A DNA stretch of 64,000 nucleotides from Callorhinchus milii. Its lineage: Eukaryota. Every line of letters starts with the position of its first letter. The first letter of the stretch is position 1. Positions 60,301 through 64,000 of the stretch are shown in pieces. The DNA lies in contig NW_024704742.1 in the NCBI RefSeq assembly GCF_018977255.1, forward strand, positions 32,738,001 through 32,802,000, written 5' to 3'. Position numbers and translations under genes: made by a program. The notes under the pieces are model-generated. The model worked only from the letters and a program-made list of their open reading frames with translations, was not told the DNA's origin and searched no databases.

Positions 60301-60458
60301 ATAGATAAAAGGCAAGCTGCAATCGTTCCCTCCTTTAAACTGCACCCAAAACAAGAGCTGAGACATGGTCATAGAGATGCATCCAATAAATACTTACTTT
60401 TGATAGAAGCTGATGATGAAGTAACTATTAAGATCAACAGCGCCCAAATTTTGGTCAT
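33151..60458 (-). CDS. MTTP: Microsomal triglyceride transfer protein large subunit; complete 18-exon gene, 895 aa
   Basis: 18 exons reconstructed by hand with GT-AG junctions and consistent phases. Lengths 61,191,144,108,117,140,151,158,169,108,213,212,98,122,228,125,171,172 sum to 2688 nt with no internal stop. Hallmark peptides: [59 protein letters not shown]-terminal WF. Confidence 0.97.
34067..34237 (-). CDS. MTTP: MTTP exon 17
   Basis: [13 protein letters not shown]...[23 protein letters not shown]; 171 nt. Confidence 0.96.
34585..34870. repeat. C-rich minisatellite (~CCCCTCACCCTGCC)n in MTTP intron 16
   Basis: Tandem 14-15 bp units; G-rich on the MTTP sense strand. Confidence 0.92.
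34940..35064 (-). CDS. MTTP: MTTP exon 16
   Basis: [41 protein letters not shown]; 125 nt. Confidence 0.96.
35593..35820 (-). CDS. MTTP: MTTP exon 15
   Basis: [21 protein letters not shown]...[12 protein letters not shown]...DHSQ; 228 nt. Confidence 0.97.
36045..36470 (-). mobile_element. SINE family B with Deu-type central domain (others: 16435-16840 -, 17230-17480 -, 29440-29650 -, 30010-30180 +, 56540-56795 -)
   Basis: TTCGGATGAGACGTTAAACC.AGGTCCC...AAAGATCCCATGGCAC central block, resembling the DeuSINE domain; tRNA-like head. Confidence 0.82.
36620..36741 (-). CDS. MTTP: MTTP exon 14
   Basis: [28 protein letters not shown]...HATQ; 122 nt. Confidence 0.96.
37212..37309 (-). CDS. MTTP: MTTP exon 13
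   Basis: [32 protein letters not shown]; 98 nt. Confidence 0.96.
38583..38794 (-). CDS. MTTP: MTTP exon 12
   Basis: [12 protein letters not shown]...[11 protein letters not shown]; 212 nt. Confidence 0.97.
40222..40434 (-). CDS. MTTP: MTTP exon 11
   Basis: [14 protein letters not shown]...[15 protein letters not shown]...ITEK; 213 nt. Confidence 0.96.
41208..41315 (-). CDS. MTTP: MTTP exon 10
   Basis: [36 protein letters not shown]; 108 nt. Confidence 0.95.
42236..42404 (-). CDS. MTTP: MTTP exon 9
   Basis: [13 protein letters not shown]...[23 protein letters not shown]; 169 nt. Confidence 0.97.
42710..43490 (+). mobile_element. CR1-clade LINE 3' portion with tail
   Basis: EQRDLG.../[17 protein letters not shown]...[14 protein letters not shown]; ends GGCCGAATGGCCTGTTTCTGTGCTGTA followed by TATTCTAATG repeats. 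Confidence 0.95.
43565..43730 (-). mobile_element. CR1 fragment
   Basis: [35 protein letters not shown]. Confidence 0.85.
43991..44148 (-). CDS. MTTP: MTTP exon 8
   Basis: [45 protein letters not shown]; 158 nt. Confidence 0.95.
45675..45825 (-). CDS. MTTP: MTTP exon 7
   Basis: [18 protein letters not shown]...CQSCPS; 151 nt. Confidence 0.95.
46250..46490 (-). mobile_element. CR1 3' end (other copies ~26250-26430 +, 27890-28060 -, 29240-29430 +, 38995-39180 -, 50155-50370 -, 58600-58830 +, 63356-63515 -)
   Basis: CATAGAA-type tail, AGGCCATTCGG, CCAATTCCCTTTTGAAAGCTA, GCATTCCAGA motifs shared between copies. Confidence 0.8.
46633..46772 (-). CDS. MTTP: MTTP exon 6
   Basis: [18 protein letters not shown]...AVKIIS; 140 nt. 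Confidence 0.95.
47440..48900 (-). mobile_element. Degenerate L2 LINE (RT region) interrupted by a SINE
   Basis: [26 protein letters not shown]-like peptide at ~48560-48660; L2-like 3' sequence at 47440-47760. Confidence 0.8.
47780..48095 (+). mobile_element. SINE family A with well-preserved tRNA(Ala, TGC)-like head
   Basis: A box TAGCTCAGTGG, anticodon arm CTCGC-CTTGCAA-GCGAG, B box GGTTCAATTCC, then SINE body and (ATT)n tail. Confidence 0.9.
49190..49567 (-). mobile_element. SINE family A, full length (others: 33630-33815 -, 39832-40165 -, 41420-41715 -, 61720-61920 +)
   Basis: Head GGAGTCCTGTAGCTTAGTGG, body GTAAGTAGG..CCCGGTTGTTAGTCG, shared tail. Confidence 0.9.
49669..49785 (-). CDS. 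MTTP: MTTP exon 5
   Basis: [39 protein letters not shown]; 117 nt. Confidence 0.96.
50665..50772 (-). CDS. MTTP: MTTP exon 4
   Basis: [36 protein letters not shown]; 108 nt, GT-AG. Confidence 0.96.
50797..51260 (+). mobile_element. L2 LINE 3' end
   Basis: Matches 1080-1430 (TTCAAGATCCT...GACCCTCCTCTTCGATCGTGC) and has a TTGTTGTTG tail. Confidence 0.9.
53010..53250 (-). mobile_element. L2 fragment
   Basis: Reverse complement of the 50800-51000 L2 sequence. Confidence 0.85.
53960..54292 (+). mobile_element. SINE family B (Deu-type domain) with the shared tail
   Basis: GTTGCATTGTCAGAGGTGCCACCCTTCGGATGAGACGTTAAACCGAGG... then the same tail as family A. Confidence 0.85.
54440..54582 (+). mobile_element. 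L2 3' terminal fragment (second copy inverted at ~62122-62250)
   Basis: CTTTTCGACCGCGCC...GGGCGCTATATAAATCCAA-TTGTTGTTG. Confidence 0.75.
54665..54808 (-). CDS. MTTP: MTTP exon 3
   Basis: [13 protein letters not shown]...LIHWINGK; ttccag|, |gtaaga; 144 nt. Confidence 0.95.
56042..56232 (-). CDS. MTTP: MTTP exon 2
   Basis: [27 protein letters not shown]...DHLIRVA; ttcaaag| acceptor, |gtaggt donor; 191 nt. Confidence 0.95.
57590..58095 (-). mobile_element. Two tandem CR1 3'-end fragments
   Basis: [23 protein letters not shown]; second similar copy at ~57920-58090; related copy at ~15790-16050. Confidence 0.8.
60398..60458 (-). CDS. MTTP: MTTP exon 1 (signal peptide [20 protein letters not shown])
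   Basis: 61-nt coding segment with hydrophobic leader and phase-1 donor A|GTAAGT, in frame with exon 2; MTTP-type promoter directly upstream. Confidence 0.9.
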
Positions 60459-60604
60459 TGTCCAAAGTAGAGAGCTCTACCCCAATGAATGAAATTGTAT
60501 GGCAGGCTCAGGTCAGCAGAACAAAAAAGAGAGACAGAGAGAGATGGGTACACTCGCTCTGACAAGGTAGCTCGAGAAAAAAAAGACTCAATGTTGAAGG
60601 TTTG

Positions 60605-60682
60605 ATGGTTTATCTGTGTTGCATAGAGGTCAGATTCCAAACTCCAAGCATTGGTTCCAAATCAATGGTTAAATATTAAACT
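60605..60682 (-). promoter_or_regulatory. MTTP proximal promoter module (HNF1-like, CCAAT, HNF4-like, DR1 half-site, GATAAA box)
   Basis: The minus strand reads TTTAATATTTAACC (HNF1-like, 60667-60680) ... CCAAT ... TGGAGTTTGGAAT-CTGACCT-CTATGCAACACA-GATAAAC, 150-220 nt upstream of the ATG. Confidence 0.75.
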
Positions 60683-62889
60683 TTAAACAACCGTGATTTT
60701 ACACTGATATCAGCCTGGCCTAAATCACGTGTGTGAAATTTCACCTATCAGAGCAAAAGGCAAATGCCACATCACTATTGGGTTTTTTTTGGACAAGAAA
60801 CATTTCACTCGGAAGAAAAAAATAGGGAACTTGCAGCATTCTTATTCATTTCACCTTTTTAAAATATACCTTTCCATCAATTTTACAGAACTTTATATAA
60901 AAAAACGAGTACGCAGACCAGTACAGACATCCCAGAATGGTTGGGCCTGTTATGTGAGACTGACAAGCTTATCCATTTCAGAAGAGATTGAGATATTGGA
61001 TGAAATGGAAAATATTTTCTATTAGGCAGAATGAATAAGCCACAAAAAGGTAACATATGAAAGCCATAGAATGGTGTTGATTTATTCATGAAGTTGAATT
61101 TTTAAAAAATATTTTGCTTCTAAACTCTTTTATTTAAGATTTGCTAATTACGTTAGAAGCAGAAAAGTTTCTTAGTCAATTGTCAAGTCATTTCAGTGTG
61201 TTCCTTTTGTAATTTCTATAGTACAAGGTACATCCTATTTTCAATGGGTAGTTTTAACCTCTTACCTAATTCTGACATGATCAAGTAGTGTTACAGGTAC
61301 ATTAAGGTCAAAGTACCAGTGCAATGCAATACTCTAATCATCACAGAGCTATGGAAATATAAGTCATGAAATACTACGAATGAGATGATTAAAAAGTATG
61401 GGGTACTGTACTTTAAATTATTTCATTTTGGGTTCCTTGTTCAACCAGCTCTCTTTGTGCTTGTGGAAGCAGATTGCTTAATTGTTGATCAACACAAATC
61501 AACAACAACAACAAAATTGCTAATATAGTGCCTGGTTACAGCAGAGAAACTTTCATCTTAAACATCAACTACTAATAATGTTAGCCTTCCTATGGTATTG
61601 AAAACATTCTCTGTAAACTCACTTTTCGTCACTAGATGCCCTTTTACTCTTCGAAAAGGCCCTTCGCTCATTTAATCCAGTCTTCCAAAATTCGAACCCT
61701 GCCATTTTCCAATTCACAGCATAAGTAGGAATCCGGTTGATAGTCGATTGGCGGATTCCTTTCCCGGGGTAATAATCCCTCAAATAAAAAAATTTAAAAA
61801 TTTGGCCACTCAATCCACGACTGTTTGTGGGACAGTGCTGTGCTCGATTGGCTGCTGGGTTTCACCCACAAAATATACAGTCAATTCGCTTTGCAGTGTA
61901 TGCTATGAAGTGCTTTGACACATTAAAAACTCCCAGGGGCAAGTTATGAACAATATGAACCAGTAACTAAAACACATGAAAGTTAATATTCTAAACTGTC
62001 AATACACTCTGGTATCATCAACTCACGGAGAAAGTAAATGGAGGGGTGGGGGAAAATGTCTGCGTGGAGTTAAGGAACTTCTAAGGCCGCTATCGTCGTC
62101 AGGTATTCTTCTCATGAATGTAAACAACAACTTGGATTTATATAGCGCCCTCCAAGCTGGACGGCGTCTCAGAGCGCTTTACAGTGACGGATCCCGGGAC
62201 AGAGCCGGAGGGGGGGGGGAAGGTGACTGAAGGCGCGGTCGAAAAGAAACAAGCTTCAGTCAGATCTGTTGCCAATCAGTCCACTTGTATGGGTTGTAGT
62301 CCACTTGTATGGGTTGGGATGCTGGACTCATTGAAGAAATGGCTTGAAGCTGTAATGGGAAACAGTTGGGTAGGTATTGTGGAAGGATGAGTTCCAATGA
62401 GTGGAAGGGTCTTCTTCATCCAAAAACCTCTCATGATTTGATAGCGCTTCACATCTCTCTTGAGTCCTGTTGACCAACTACCCTAATGATTGGTTTACAG
62501 CTGCCCTCTGGCTCTGGCTTTGGTTGCTGCGAGGAGCACAAGGTTGGTTCAGATGAAGACAGCATCCATGGCCTTATTAAAAACGCGGCCAACTTGGAAA
62601 GAGAGGTGGGCAAGCAACGGACGGCTCTAACATTAGGAGTTTGTGGTGGCATTGCCAGGCACTGTGAGGGGCAGATTCCTCTGGCCAGGGGTTTGCCAGA
62701 AATTAAAATACCTTCATGGCCAAAGTCAACCAAACACCAGCCCAAAAAATAGCCCAATGTCACTCGTTGCCTCCAATGGGTTTGCAGAGCGGCCGAATAA
62801 GGTTGATTGTTTTTGAAACTGTGCTAAGAACAGATCCTCAAAGGACAAAAAAAAGAACAGTTTTGCAGGTTTAAATTCAAAAATATTAA

Positions 62890-63160
62890 ATTAAGTGACA
62901 ACAAAACCCCGCCCAATTGGGCGTGAAGCCGCCCAAACCTGGACGACTTCCCCATCCCTTGTGCTGCCTGCGACTTGCCCTCACCAACATGGCGGACGGG
63001 CAGGGACGCCAGCGGCTCCGGAGCAGCCAGCGGCGTCTGGTGACGTCAGTGAGGACGCGCCGGCGCCGGACCCTCGCCGTGTACGCAAGTGAGGCTCGCG
63101 CTTTCCCGGCTGCGTCATCAACGGCCGAGCGACCAGCTCGAGCCCGGACCGTTTAACGGC
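62890..63160 (+). promoter_or_regulatory. CpG-island promoter and probable first exon of a divergent housekeeping gene (TRMT10A by synteny only)
   Basis: GC box and CCAAT at 62907-62923; YY1-type CAACATGGCGG at 62985-62995; CRE TGACGTCA 63041-63048; possible donor AA|GTGAGG at 63088/63089. It is head-to-head with MTTP, as TRMT10A is in mammals. No diagnostic TRMT10A peptide is visible. Confidence 0.55.
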
Positions 63161-63589
63161 TCCGAGATTTGAAAGCGACAGACAGAGGGCGAGGGAGAGA
63201 CTGGAGGAGGGAGAGAGTAAGAGTATTTTTGTTTGGTGTCTTGAGCCATGTGTAAAGCCCAACGCCGAGAGTCATCCAAACTCAGAAGAATAGTCTTTGC
63301 ATTTGCTATGGCGCCTCAGCACGTTCATCGAGACGCCTCGAAGCGCTTCCCAGGACATCACGGAGTCATGGCGGGGCAGAAGGAGGCCATTCGGCCCATC
63401 CTGTCTGCGCCGGCTCTTCGAAAGGACCTTCCGAATGAATCCCCGCTCTCCCCCCTCCCCCCCCCACCGCGCGCTCTCCTCGCAGCCCTGCAAACGCGTC
63501 CTCCCCGGATAATGATCCGCTGTAAAGCGTAGTGACTGTGTGTTTTGCAGCCGATTGCGCCCGGCACAGCAGTGTCCCGCAAACAGTCG

Positions 63590-64000
63590 AGGGGAGGGGG
63601 GACGGGGAGGCGAGGGGGGACGGGGAGGGCGAGGGGGGACGGGGAGGGCGAGGGAGGGAGGGGGGACGAGGAGGGCGAGGGGGGACGGGGAGGGCGAGGG
63701 GGGACGGGGAGGGCGAGGGGGGACGGGGAGGCGAGGGAGGGGGGACGAGGAGGGCGAGGGGGGACGGGGAGGGCGAGGGGGACGGGGAGGGCGAGGGAGC
63801 GAGGGGGACGGGGAGGGCGAGGGAGCGAGGGGGGACGGGGAGGGCGAGGGGGACGGGGAGGGCGAGGGAGCGAGGGGGGACGGGGAGGGCGAGGGGGGAC
63901 GGGGAGGGCGAGGGAGCGAGGGGGGAGGGGGGAGGGGAGGGCGAGGGGGACGGGGAGGGCGAGGGAGGGGGGGGGACGGGGAGGGCGAGGGGGACGGGAG
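63590..64000. repeat. G-rich minisatellite (~GGGGACGGGGAGGGCGAG)n
   Basis: Tandem ~18-24 bp units running to the window end. Confidence 0.95.

Overview
Vertebrate genomic DNA, most likely a cartilaginous fish (inferred from the L2/CR1/Deu-type SINE repeat complement). Three genes are present. (1) A GC-rich C4orf54-like gene (DUF4585-type C-terminus) lies on the + strand at about 6.0-12.4 kb. Its single coding exon is split by two opposite frameshifts and carries two coding minisatellites. (2) A complete 18-exon MTTP gene lies on the - strand (ATG 60458, TGA 33151, 2688 nt, 895 aa, all introns GT-AG), with a recognisable liver/intestine-type promoter. (3) A CpG-rich divergent promoter and first exon near 63 kb is probably TRMT10A, by synteny only. 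The rest is LINEs (L2, CR1), two SINE families sharing one 3' tail, a ~1 kb (GAGT)n tract and G-rich minisatellites. The most notable items are a 145-bp Penelope-type insert with a minimal hammerhead ribozyme and a 13-bp TSD nested in an L2, GC-shifted repeat copies at both CpG islands, a probable NMD-safe 3'UTR intron in C4orf54, and several unclassified repeat structures. No clearly new multi-gene system was found.
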